Shown here: positions 23,589 to 31,283 of the stretch, piece after piece
Layout: each line of letters starts with the position of its first letter
Numbering within the stretch: the first letter of the stretch is position 1
From: Acidimicrobiales bacterium
GTDB taxonomy: Bacteria; Actinomycetota; Acidimicrobiia; Acidimicrobiales; SZUA-35
Direction of reading: 5' to 3'
Assembly (NCBI GenBank): GCA_047974625.1
Contig: JBKECK010000054.1
Location: forward strand, 4,988 to 68,987
DNA: 64,000 nucleotides
Made by a program: the position numbers and the translations under genes
Notes under the pieces: model-generated
Seen by the model: the letters and a program-made list of their open reading frames with translations, nothing else
Database searches by the model: none
What the model was told of the DNA's origin: nothing

Positions 23589-24826
23589 ACGACCCCGTGC
23601 CCCCGACCGGCCGTCCGGTGCCGGTGGAGATCGGGCGAACCCGGCCCCGGGTCCGACCGGGCCTGACCGCACCGGTTCGGTCCGGATCGGTTCCCTCCAC
23701 ACCGGCTTCTTCTGGGCCGGCTCGTTCCCGACGAGCCCGCCCGGCCCGGGCCGGGCGGCTGGGGCGGGCGGGCCGGGCCCTGCGGCTCGCCCGGTTCGTC
23801 GCCGGGCTGGCCGTCAAGGAACGGATCGACCCGTCGTGGCCGGTGCACCCCCTGGTCGCCGAGCTGTTCCTCACCGACAACTGCAATCTGGCCTGCACGA
23901 GCTGCGCCTGCTGGCGTGACCACACCCGCCACGAGCTGTCCACCGATGAATGGTGCGGAGTGATCGACCAGCTCGCCGCCCTCGGCTTCATCAAGCTCAA
24001 CTTCACCGGCGGTGAGGCTCTCATCCGGCGGGACGCGGCCACCATCATCGGCCACGCCCACCGGCGCGGTATCGCCGACCTCCACCTCAACACCAACGGC
24101 ATCCTGCTCGACGACGAGCGCCTGGCCGAGGTCCTCGACGCCGGGGTGACCAGCTTCAACATCTCCGTCGACGGGCCCGACCCCGCCTCGCACGACGCCA
24201 TCCGCGGGTTCGACGGGGCCTTCGACACCACCATCGAGGCCATCCGACGGGTCATCGCATCCGGGCCCGGCGTTGCGGTCCGCATGAACTTCACGGTGCT
24301 GGCCGGCAACGCCCACCAGCTGCCGGCCATGGCCGACCTGGCCGAGACCCTCGGGGTCCGGCTGTACCTGAACCTGGGGACCGACCGGACCTTCCTGTTC
24401 CGCCACCAGGACGTCACCGCCCAACTCGACGTCGACGAGGCCGTCCTGCGCGACGCCCTGGCCGAGCTCGAACGCCGGTCCCGGGCCGGTTCGGGTTCGG
24501 GCCACCTTCCGTCCCGCCGGGCCCTCCGGTACATCCCGGGGCACTTCGAGTTCGAGTCGGTGCCGATGGTCCCCTGCGTCGAATCCCAACTGAAGCTGAT
24601 GATCCGCTCCACCGGCGCGATCGGGGGCTGTTGGGGCCACGACGGCACGTTCAACGTCCGGGACCGGTCGATCCGGTCGGTGATCGACTCCCCGGAGTAC
24701 CGGGAGGAGCATCAGCGCTTCTTCGCCAAGGACTGTGTCCGCTGCGGGTCGAACTACGCGCTCAACCTGAGGCTCCGGCCGGCCGGCCTGGCCGAGGAGG
24801 CCCAGACCCGCTGGAGGACCCGGTGA
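23576..24826 (+). CDS. Radical SAM protein with basic Pro/Arg-rich N-terminal extension and 4-Cys C-terminal (twitch/SPASM-like) region
   Basis: From ORF 23381..24826. ATG 23576 overlaps the upstream gene by 13 nt. FLTDNCNLACTSCAC is the CxxxCxxC cluster motif, with FTGGEALIRRD and NTNG also present. The C-terminal Cys residues are CVESQ...GGCWGH...CVRCG. Confidence 0.85.
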   Translation: MAAVNDPVPPTGRPVPVEIGRTRPRVRPGLTAPVRSGSVPSTPASSGPARSRRARPARAGRLGRAGRALRLARFVAGLAVKERIDPSWPVHPLVAELFLTDNCNLACTSCACWRDHTRHELSTDEWCGVIDQLAALGFIKLNFTGGEALIRRDAATIIGHAHRRGIADLHLNTNGILLDDERLAEVLDAGVTSFNISVDGPDPASHDAIRGFDGAFDTTIEAIRRVIASGPGVAVRMNFTVLAGNAHQLPAMADLAETLGVRLYLNLGTDRTFLFRHQDVTAQLDVDEAVLRDALAELERRSRAGSGSGHLPSRRALRYIPGHFEFESVPMVPCVESQLKLMIRSTGAIGGCWGHDGTFNVRDRSIRSVIDSPEYREEHQRFFAKDCVRCGSNYALNLRLRPAGLAEEAQTRWRTR

Positions 24827-25620
24827 CCGATCCTGGCCATCCGGGCCGGCGGGTGAGCCCCGAGGAGTTCTACGGCCGCCTCGCCCCCGGCTACCGGGAA
24901 GCCTTCGACGTCGCTCATCGCAAGGCCTACGACCGTTTGGCCTGGGAGGCGGTGGAAGCGGGCCTCGCTCCCGACTCCACCGTGGTGGACGTGGGTTGCG
25001 GGGTGGGCCGTTGGGCGGCCGCCCTCATCGCCCGGGGTCACCGGGTGATCGGGGTGGAGCCCAGCCCGGGCATGGTGGCCGCGGTCCGGGCGGCCTCCCT
25101 GGGATCGCGCTTCACCCTCCACCAGGCGACCGTTGACCGGGTCCGGATCGCGGCCGGGAGCGCGGACGCCGTGGTGGCCATGGGCAGTGTCCAGTACGCC
25201 CCCGACCCGGCCGCCTCGATCGCCCGGATGGCCGGGTGGCTCCGCCCCGGGGGTCGCATCTGGGTGCTGGTCGACTCCCTCGGCGGGCTGGTGGGTGAGC
25301 TGCTCCGGCGGGGTGACGACCTCCAGGCTCTCGCCCGGGCCGCCTCGGCCACGGGTCGGCTCTCCTCGGGCCCGTACACGGTGGAGCACCACCTCTTCGA
25401 CGCCGCCCGCCTGGAACGGGCCCTGCTCGACGCCGGCCTGACCGACGTGACCGTCTCGGGACTGTTGGTGGGCTGGAACAGCAAGGACCGCGACGAGGCC
25501 CAGCGCGACCTGACGGCCCATTGGGAGACGGCCCTCGACCGGGAGCGCCGGCTGGCCTCGATCCGGGCTCTGGCCGATCTGGGCAAGCAGCTCCTGGCCT
25601 ACGGCCGCCGGCCGTCCTGA
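24823..25620 (+). CDS. Class I SAM-dependent methyltransferase
   Basis: From ORF 24631..25620. GTG 24823 overlaps the radical-SAM stop (GTGA). VVDVGCGVGRWAAAL, RVIGVEPSPGM and LRPGGRIWVLV are present. Confidence 0.8.
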   Translation: MTDPGHPGRRVSPEEFYGRLAPGYREAFDVAHRKAYDRLAWEAVEAGLAPDSTVVDVGCGVGRWAAALIARGHRVIGVEPSPGMVAAVRAASLGSRFTLHQATVDRVRIAAGSADAVVAMGSVQYAPDPAASIARMAGWLRPGGRIWVLVDSLGGLVGELLRRGDDLQALARAASATGRLSSGPYTVEHHLFDAARLERALLDAGLTDVTVSGLLVGWNSKDRDEAQRDLTAHWETALDRERRLASIRALADLGKQLLAYGRRPS

Positions 25621-25982
25621 TCGGGTTGCTGACCGAGCTCCTGATCGATCTCCACCCGGTTGCCGGCCGGATCACGGAAGAAGGCTTGGCGCACACCGGC
25701 CACCGGGACCGGATCACTCACCCGGACGTCTAGCGCCCGGAGCTCCTCCACAGCCGCGTCGAGGTCGTCGACCAGGAGGGCCAGGTGCTGGCCCCGGTCC
25801 GGGGGTACGTCGGCCACGATCAGGTGGACCTGCTGACCACCGGCGTCCAGCCAGGCCCCGTCCACACCGAGGGCGGGCCGGTCGGTCCGGACCGTGAGGC
25901 CCAGCACCCCGGTGTAGAAGCCCAGGGCCCGATCGAGGTCGTCGACGTTGATCGATACATGGTGCACCGCGCTCACCCGCAT
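25599..25982 (-). CDS. VOC (glyoxalase/bleomycin-resistance/dioxygenase) family protein
   Basis: VHHVSINVDDLDRALGFYTGVLGL...FFRDPAGNRVEI. The 3' end overlaps the convergent methyltransferase gene by 22 nt. Confidence 0.8.
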   Translation of the reverse strand: MRVSAVHHVSINVDDLDRALGFYTGVLGLTVRTDRPALGVDGAWLDAGGQQVHLIVADVPPDRGQHLALLVDDLDAAVEELRALDVRVSDPVPVAGVRQAFFRDPAGNRVEIDQELGQQPDQDGRRP

Positions 25983-26051
25983 GGACCCAGTATCGCGTCC
26001 CCCGCTCCCCGGGGCGATCCCGGCCGGTGGCGCCGCCGGCGTGCCGCCCGT

Positions 26052-26828
26052 TCAGGGGCCGTCCGGCCGGTCGGCGGGGCCGACGGCGGCGAAACCGTCG
26101 TCGGTGATGGCGACCTCCACCCCGCGGTTGATGCTGATCCAGTCCCGGGCCTCGAGGTAGGGACGGAAGGTGGCGGCGATGCGGCGCTCGGCGTCGGGGC
26201 TCTTGGGGCGTTGCAGCTCGAACAGGTCCGGGAACTCGAGCCAGGCGGTCACCGCATCCCAGAGGCGGACGGCGGCAGCCCCGGCGGGCGGATCGATCAG
26301 GACGGGGCCGAACAGCATCTGCTCTCCCGTCGACGACCCGTCCCCGGGGACGGACCCATCGGCCGGGAAGAACAGGCTGGGCACCCCGTAGCCGCCGGCG
26401 TCGATCACCTTGCGGTGCTCGGCCCGGACCTCGTCGTGGGTGGTCGGGTCGGCCAGGGCCTCGTCGACCAGCCCGGGAGCGAACCCGAGGTCGGCCAGGA
26501 TCGCCCGGGCCACCTCGGGATCGTGGGGTTTGCGGCCCTGCTCGTGGAGGGCGGCCCCGATGGCCGCGTACCAGGCGTCGAGGGCGTCCATCCCGTCGCG
26601 CCGGAGGCGGGCCCCGATCCGCATCAGGGACCAGCCGTAGGACCATTCCCGTTCCCACGGGTGTTTCCGGCCCTCCACCCGGTTCACTTCCTCCAGGCTG
26701 AAGAACCGCCACTCGATCCGCAGGCCCGTCTCGTCCCGGACCGACCTGATCCACCGGGAGGTCTGGTACGCGTACGGGCACATCGGATCGAAGTGGAACG
26801 CCACGGAATCGGGCCGGGTTGCGGTCAT
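26052..26828 (-). CDS. DsbA-like thioredoxin-fold protein (single-Cys CPYA motif; HCCA-isomerase-like)
   Basis: ORF 26052..27179(-), ATG 26828 ([22 protein letters not shown]...). ...[13 protein letters not shown] is also present. Confidence 0.65.
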   Translation of the reverse strand: MTATRPDSVAFHFDPMCPYAYQTSRWIRSVRDETGLRIEWRFFSLEEVNRVEGRKHPWEREWSYGWSLMRIGARLRRDGMDALDAWYAAIGAALHEQGRKPHDPEVARAILADLGFAPGLVDEALADPTTHDEVRAEHRKVIDAGGYGVPSLFFPADGSVPGDGSSTGEQMLFGPVLIDPPAGAAAVRLWDAVTAWLEFPDLFELQRPKSPDAERRIAATFRPYLEARDWISINRGVEVAITDDGFAAVGPADRPDGP

Positions 26829-26955
26829 CGCTTGGGGCTCCTCGGGGTCGGGGACCGGCGGGCGGGGCCCGGGCGGGCGCAGCCCACCGACCACCGTAGG
26901 TGACGGCCGGGACAGGCCCCCAACCGTCGCCGGAGACGCGGCGAGGGTCGGGGCC

Positions 26956-27462
26956 ATGGCGATCCGGTGCGAGGTTGTTGAGGGTGATATAGCCGTCGAG
27001 GCGGTGGACGCCATCGTGAACGCGGCCAACACCGGCCTGCTCGGCGGCAGCGGGGTGGACGGGGCCATCCACCGGGCGGCCGGCCCGGAGCTCCTGGCTG
27101 CCTGCCGGCAGATCGGCGGTTGTCCCACCGGGGAGGCCCGCCTCACCCCCGGCTTCGCCCTCCCGGCCCGTTGGGTCATCCATACCGTCGGGCCGGTCTG
27201 GCACGGCGGCGACGACGGCGAGGCCGAGCTGTTGGCGTCGTGCTACCGGTCATCGCTGGCCCTGGCCGACGAGGTGGGCGCCGGCACGGTAGCCTTCCCG
27301 GCCATCTCCACCGGGGTGTACGGCTACCCGAGCGAGGCGGCGGCCGAGATCGCCCTGGCTACCCTCCGCTCCACCCCCACCGGGGTGCGGACCGTCCGGA
27401 TCGTGGCCTTCGACGCCACCACCGCGGATGTCTACCGGCGTCTCCTGGCCGAATCCACCTGA
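26956..27462 (+). CDS. Macro domain protein (O-acetyl-ADP-ribose deacetylase, YmdB-like)
   Basis: [42 protein letters not shown] and [12 protein letters not shown]. Confidence 0.9.
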   Translation: MAIRCEVVEGDIAVEAVDAIVNAANTGLLGGSGVDGAIHRAAGPELLAACRQIGGCPTGEARLTPGFALPARWVIHTVGPVWHGGDDGEAELLASCYRSSLALADEVGAGTVAFPAISTGVYGYPSEAAAEIALATLRSTPTGVRTVRIVAFDATTADVYRRLLAEST

Positions 27463-27524
27463 GCTGAGCGGGACCGGGCTAGGAAGGACGGGGGCCGGAC
27501 GGCCCCGGCAAGGAGGCTGCTCCG

Positions 27525-28580
27525 ATGAGTTCCGACCACCCCCTCCAGCTCGGCATGATCGGCCTGGGCCGGATGGGCGCCAACCTGGTCCGCCGCGTCA
27601 TGGCCGGAGGCCACCCGTGCGCCGTCCACGACGTCGACGTGGACGTTACGGCGGCCGTGGCCCGTGAGGGGGCGATCGGGGCCGGCGACCTGACGGATCT
27701 GGTCGCCGCCCTGGACCGGCCCCGCAATGTGTGGATCATGGTTCCCGCTGCCGTCGTCGACGGGGTCGTCGACCAGTTGGCCGAACTGCTCGACCCCGAC
27801 GACATCGTCATCGACGGGGGCAACTCGTACTACCGCGACGACATCGACCGGGCCGCCAGGTTGGCCGAGCGGGGCCTCCACTATGTGGACTGCGGCACCA
27901 GTGGTGGGGTCTGGGGCCTGGACCGGGGCTACTGCCTGATGATCGGGGGCGAGGACGAACCGGTACGTCGCCTGGACCCGATCTGGCGGGCGATCGCCCC
28001 GGGGCCCGGTTCGGTGGAGCCCACGCCGGGACGGTCCCCGGCCGCCGGCCCGGCCGATCAGGGCTACCTCCACTGCGGACCGGCCGGCGCCGGGCACTTC
28101 GTCAAGATGGTCCACAACGGGATCGAGTACGGGATGATGGCCTCCATCGCCGAGGGCCTGTCGATCATCCGCCACGCCGACGTCGGCCTAGCCGATCACG
28201 CGATCGACGCCGAGACGGCGCCCCTGCGGGACGGCCGCTATTTCCGGTACGAGATCGACGTGGCCGAGGTGGCCGAGCTCTGGCGGCGGGGATCGGTGAT
28301 CAGCTCGTGGCTGGTCGACCTCACCGCCGCCGCCCTGGCCGCCTCCCCCGACCTGGCCGAGTTCACCGGGCGGGTGTCTGACTCGGGGGAGGGTCGCTGG
28401 ACGGTGATGGCCGCCATCGAGGAGGGCGTCCCCGCGGCCACCATCACCGCCGCCCTCAACCAGCGGTTCGAGTCCCGCGACAACGGGATCTTCGCCGGCC
28501 AGGTCCTCTCGGCCATGCGGTCCCGGTTCGGTGGGCACGACGAGCAGGAGGGCGGGCCGGGCGGCCGGCCCCCGGTGTGA
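27525..28580 (+). CDS. gnd: 6-phosphogluconate dehydrogenase, decarboxylating (short Gnd/YqeC-like form)
   Basis: LGMIGLGRMGANLVRR, GGNSYY, VDCGTSGG, GHFVKMVHNGIEYG and SDSGEGRWT. AAGGAGG sits 8 nt upstream of the ATG. Confidence 0.9.
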   Translation: MSSDHPLQLGMIGLGRMGANLVRRVMAGGHPCAVHDVDVDVTAAVAREGAIGAGDLTDLVAALDRPRNVWIMVPAAVVDGVVDQLAELLDPDDIVIDGGNSYYRDDIDRAARLAERGLHYVDCGTSGGVWGLDRGYCLMIGGEDEPVRRLDPIWRAIAPGPGSVEPTPGRSPAAGPADQGYLHCGPAGAGHFVKMVHNGIEYGMMASIAEGLSIIRHADVGLADHAIDAETAPLRDGRYFRYEIDVAEVAELWRRGSVISSWLVDLTAAALAASPDLAEFTGRVSDSGEGRWTVMAAIEEGVPAATITAALNQRFESRDNGIFAGQVLSAMRSRFGGHDEQEGGPGGRPPV

Positions 28581-29317
28581 CCGGACCGGTCGGGTCACCC
28601 CCGCCGTCCCGCCTGAGGGTGGTGACCGTCGACGACGCCGCGGCCGTGGCCGACCATGGTGCCGCCCAGCTCGCCGCGGTGATCACCGACGTGGTGGCGG
28701 CCCGGGGCCGTTGCCGGCTGGCCGTGAGCGGCGGATCCACCCCGGCGCCCGCGTTCGCCCGGCTGGCCGGGATGGACCTGCCGTGGAACCGGGTGACGGT
28801 CTGGCAGGTAGACGAGCGGGTCGCCACCGCGGGCGCTCCGGACCGGAACCTGACCATGATTGCGGCCACCCTCGGGGCCACCCCGGCCCGGATCGTGGCC
28901 ATGCCCGTGGATGGTCTCGTCCCGGCCCGGCGGGCCGGTCCCGCCACCGGCCCCGACGTCGGACGGGCGCTGGCCGCGGCCGCCAACCGGTACGCCGCCC
29001 TCCTTCCCGAACGGTTCGATCTCGTCCACCTGGGTCTGGGCGCGGACGGCCACACCGCCTCACTGGTGCCCGGCGACCCGGTCCTCGACGTTCGCGACCG
29101 GCTGGTCGGCGGCACCCGGCCCTACCAGGGGCTCCGGCGGATGACGCTGACCTACCCGGCGTTGGCCCGGGCCGACCGGCTGGTGTGGCTGGTGTCCGGT
29201 GGGGACAAGGCCGGCGCGGTGGCCGCACTCCTGGCCGGCGACCGGTCGGTACCGGCCGGCCGGGTCGCCCTCCCCGCCTCTTCGGTGCTGATCGCCGACC
29301 GGGCCGGTCTCGGTTGA
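28577..29317 (+). CDS. pgl: 6-phosphogluconolactonase
   Basis: GTG 28577 overlaps the gnd stop (GTGA). LAVSGGSTP, VTVWQVDERV, DLVHLGLGADGHTASL and WLVSGGDKA. Confidence 0.85.
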   Translation: MTGPVGSPPPSRLRVVTVDDAAAVADHGAAQLAAVITDVVAARGRCRLAVSGGSTPAPAFARLAGMDLPWNRVTVWQVDERVATAGAPDRNLTMIAATLGATPARIVAMPVDGLVPARRAGPATGPDVGRALAAAANRYAALLPERFDLVHLGLGADGHTASLVPGDPVLDVRDRLVGGTRPYQGLRRMTLTYPALARADRLVWLVSGGDKAGAVAALLAGDRSVPAGRVALPASSVLIADRAGLG

Positions 29318-29328
29318 GGGGCCCTCCC

Positions 29329-30579
29329 TCACGTCACCGTGCCGGCGTCGGTGGCGGCGTACAGGACCCCGGACTCCCGGAGCCGGTCGATCTGATCGTC
29401 GGTGTAGCCGATCTCGGTCAAGACGTCGGGACCGTCCTGACCGAGCCGGGAGGCGTGGCGCCGCACGGAGGCCGGGGTGGCCCCGAACCGGATGGGCGGC
29501 GGGATCTGCCGGTAGGGCCCCACCTCGGGGTGCTCCACCACCGGTAGGGCGTCCACCAGTTCGTCGAGGGTGGCCGCCCGGGTGGCCGGGATGGCGTGAT
29601 CCCGGCAGAACTCCATCCACTCCTCGGTGGTCCGGTGCCGCAGCAGCCGGGCCACCTCGCGGTACAGGGAACCACTGTTGGCGATCCGCGACTCCCGGGT
29701 GGCAAAGCGCTCGTCGTCGGCCAGCTCCGGCCGTCCGCCGACGGTGAAGAGGTCGACATAGTGCTCGGCCGCGTAGGGCAGGACGTTGATCCACCCGTCC
29801 GAGGTGGCCTGGGGGCGGCGCTCCGGGGTCAGGATCCGCTGGTACCCGGACGGACCGACGGGGGGCTCCGCGATGGCGGCCGAGCCGTGTTCGACGAGTA
29901 CGAAGGACCGCATCACGTCGATCATCGGGACCTCCACCTCCTGGCCCTCGCCGCTCACCGCCCGGTGGTAGAGGGCAGCCAGGACGGCCGAGGCGATGGT
30001 CAGGCCCGACACCTTGTCGGCCACCAGGGTGGGCAGCAGGGCGGGTTCGTGACCCTGGCGGGCGAACAGGTCACCCACCCCGCTGGCCGACTGGATGATG
30101 TCGTCGTAGGCGGGGGCGTCGGCCTGGTCACTGTCGCCGGGATAGCCCTGCGCCCGGCAGAACACCACGTCGGGCCGGACCGCTCGCACCTCGTGGTAGG
30201 TGAGACCCAGGCGGGCCAGCGGCCCCGGACGGAGATTGGTGACCACCACGTCACAGGTGGCCGCCAGGGCCAGGACGGCGTCCCGACCGGCCGCCTGCTT
30301 CAGATCGAGACCGACACTGCGCTTGTTGCGGAGCAGGTTCATGGCCACCCCCGACAACCCGGGAGCCGGCCCGGGGCCCATGGCCCGGTTCGTGTCGCCG
30401 TCGCGACCCTCGATCGAGATCACGTCGGCGCCGAGGTCACCGAGGGTCTGGGTGGCCAGGGGGCCCATCACCACCGAGGACAAGTCGAGCACCCGGACGC
30501 CGTCCAGCGGCCCTGTCGGGCCGGTTCCGTTCCCATCCGATCCGGGGGCTCCCCCGGGCACCACCTCGCCATCGTCCAT
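29329..30579 (-). CDS. CaiB/BaiF family (class III) CoA-transferase
   Basis: ORF 29329..31254(-), ATG 30579. GVRVLDLSSVVMGPLATQTLGDLGADVISIE, NKRSVGLDLK and VVVTNLRPG. Confidence 0.85.
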   Translation of the reverse strand: MDDGEVVPGGAPGSDGNGTGPTGPLDGVRVLDLSSVVMGPLATQTLGDLGADVISIEGRDGDTNRAMGPGPAPGLSGVAMNLLRNKRSVGLDLKQAAGRDAVLALAATCDVVVTNLRPGPLARLGLTYHEVRAVRPDVVFCRAQGYPGDSDQADAPAYDDIIQSASGVGDLFARQGHEPALLPTLVADKVSGLTIASAVLAALYHRAVSGEGQEVEVPMIDVMRSFVLVEHGSAAIAEPPVGPSGYQRILTPERRPQATSDGWINVLPYAAEHYVDLFTVGGRPELADDERFATRESRIANSGSLYREVARLLRHRTTEEWMEFCRDHAIPATRAATLDELVDALPVVEHPEVGPYRQIPPPIRFGATPASVRRHASRLGQDGPDVLTEIGYTDDQIDRLRESGVLYAATDAGTVT

Positions 30580-30638
30580 GGGGCCGGAGCTTAGGACCCG
30601 CGCCGATGGTGCGGCCCATCGGTCTCCTCCGGCCGGTC

Positions 30639-30661
30639 GTCCCGGGCCCACCACCCGGGAC
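30639..30661 (-). terminator. Stem-loop 10 nt after the sigma-factor stop (no U tract)
   Basis: GTCCCGGG (30639-30646) and CCCGGGAC (30654-30661) form an 8-bp stem with a 7-nt loop. An overlapping alternative stem CCCACC/GGTGGG exists. Confidence 0.4.
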
Positions 30662-30671
30662 GGGTGGGCGG

Positions 30672-31283
30672 TCAGGAGCCGGCCATGTCGTCCCGGAGCT
30701 GGTCCCGGGCGTTCTTGACCCAGCGTTTCACCGTGCCCTCGGGGACGGGGCCCCGGCTGGAGTCGAACAGCTCCTGGAGCCGTTCCGGTGTCGACATCTC
30801 GGCGGCGATCTCGCGGTAGCCGATCCCCAGCTGGCGTAGGCCGAGGGCGAACGCCTCGGGCCGGGAGAGACGGTCGAGCCCGTCCAGCAGGTCGACCCGG
30901 AGTCCGCCCAGCACACTGGTCCGCTCGATCGCCTCCTCGCTCGGCAGCCGGCCCCCGTGGGCCCGGTGGAGCCGGTCCGACTCGGCCTGCCGGCGGCGGT
31001 AGAAGCTCCGCACCTCGTTGAAGGTGAGCGCCGCCAACCAGGAACGGAGGCGGGTGACGTCCCGGAGCCCCCCGATGCGGCGGATGATCGAGATCGACAC
31101 GTTCTGGGCCACGTCCTCGCCGTCCCCCCGGTACGGGAACTGGGAGCCGGCCAGCCGGAGGATCCACGGCCGTACGTGGGCGGCCAGGTCTCCGGCCGCG
31201 GCCTGGTTGCCGGCCACGGCCCGGGCGGCCAGGTCCTGGGCGACCGCCCACCACTCCGGGGAATCGACGCGGCGCGGCACCAT
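30672..31283 (-). CDS. ECF (sigma-70 family, group 4) RNA polymerase sigma factor
   Basis: From ORF 30672..32306(-), ATG 31283. Region 2 is DGEDVAQNVSISIIRRI...LRSWLAALTFNEVRSFYRRR. Region 4 is LSRPEAFALGLRQLGIGYREIAAEM...GTVKRWVKNARDQLR. Confidence 0.8.
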   Translation of the reverse strand: MVPRRVDSPEWWAVAQDLAARAVAGNQAAAGDLAAHVRPWILRLAGSQFPYRGDGEDVAQNVSISIIRRIGGLRDVTRLRSWLAALTFNEVRSFYRRRQAESDRLHRAHGGRLPSEEAIERTSVLGGLRVDLLDGLDRLSRPEAFALGLRQLGIGYREIAAEMSTPERLQELFDSSRGPVPEGTVKRWVKNARDQLRDDMAGS

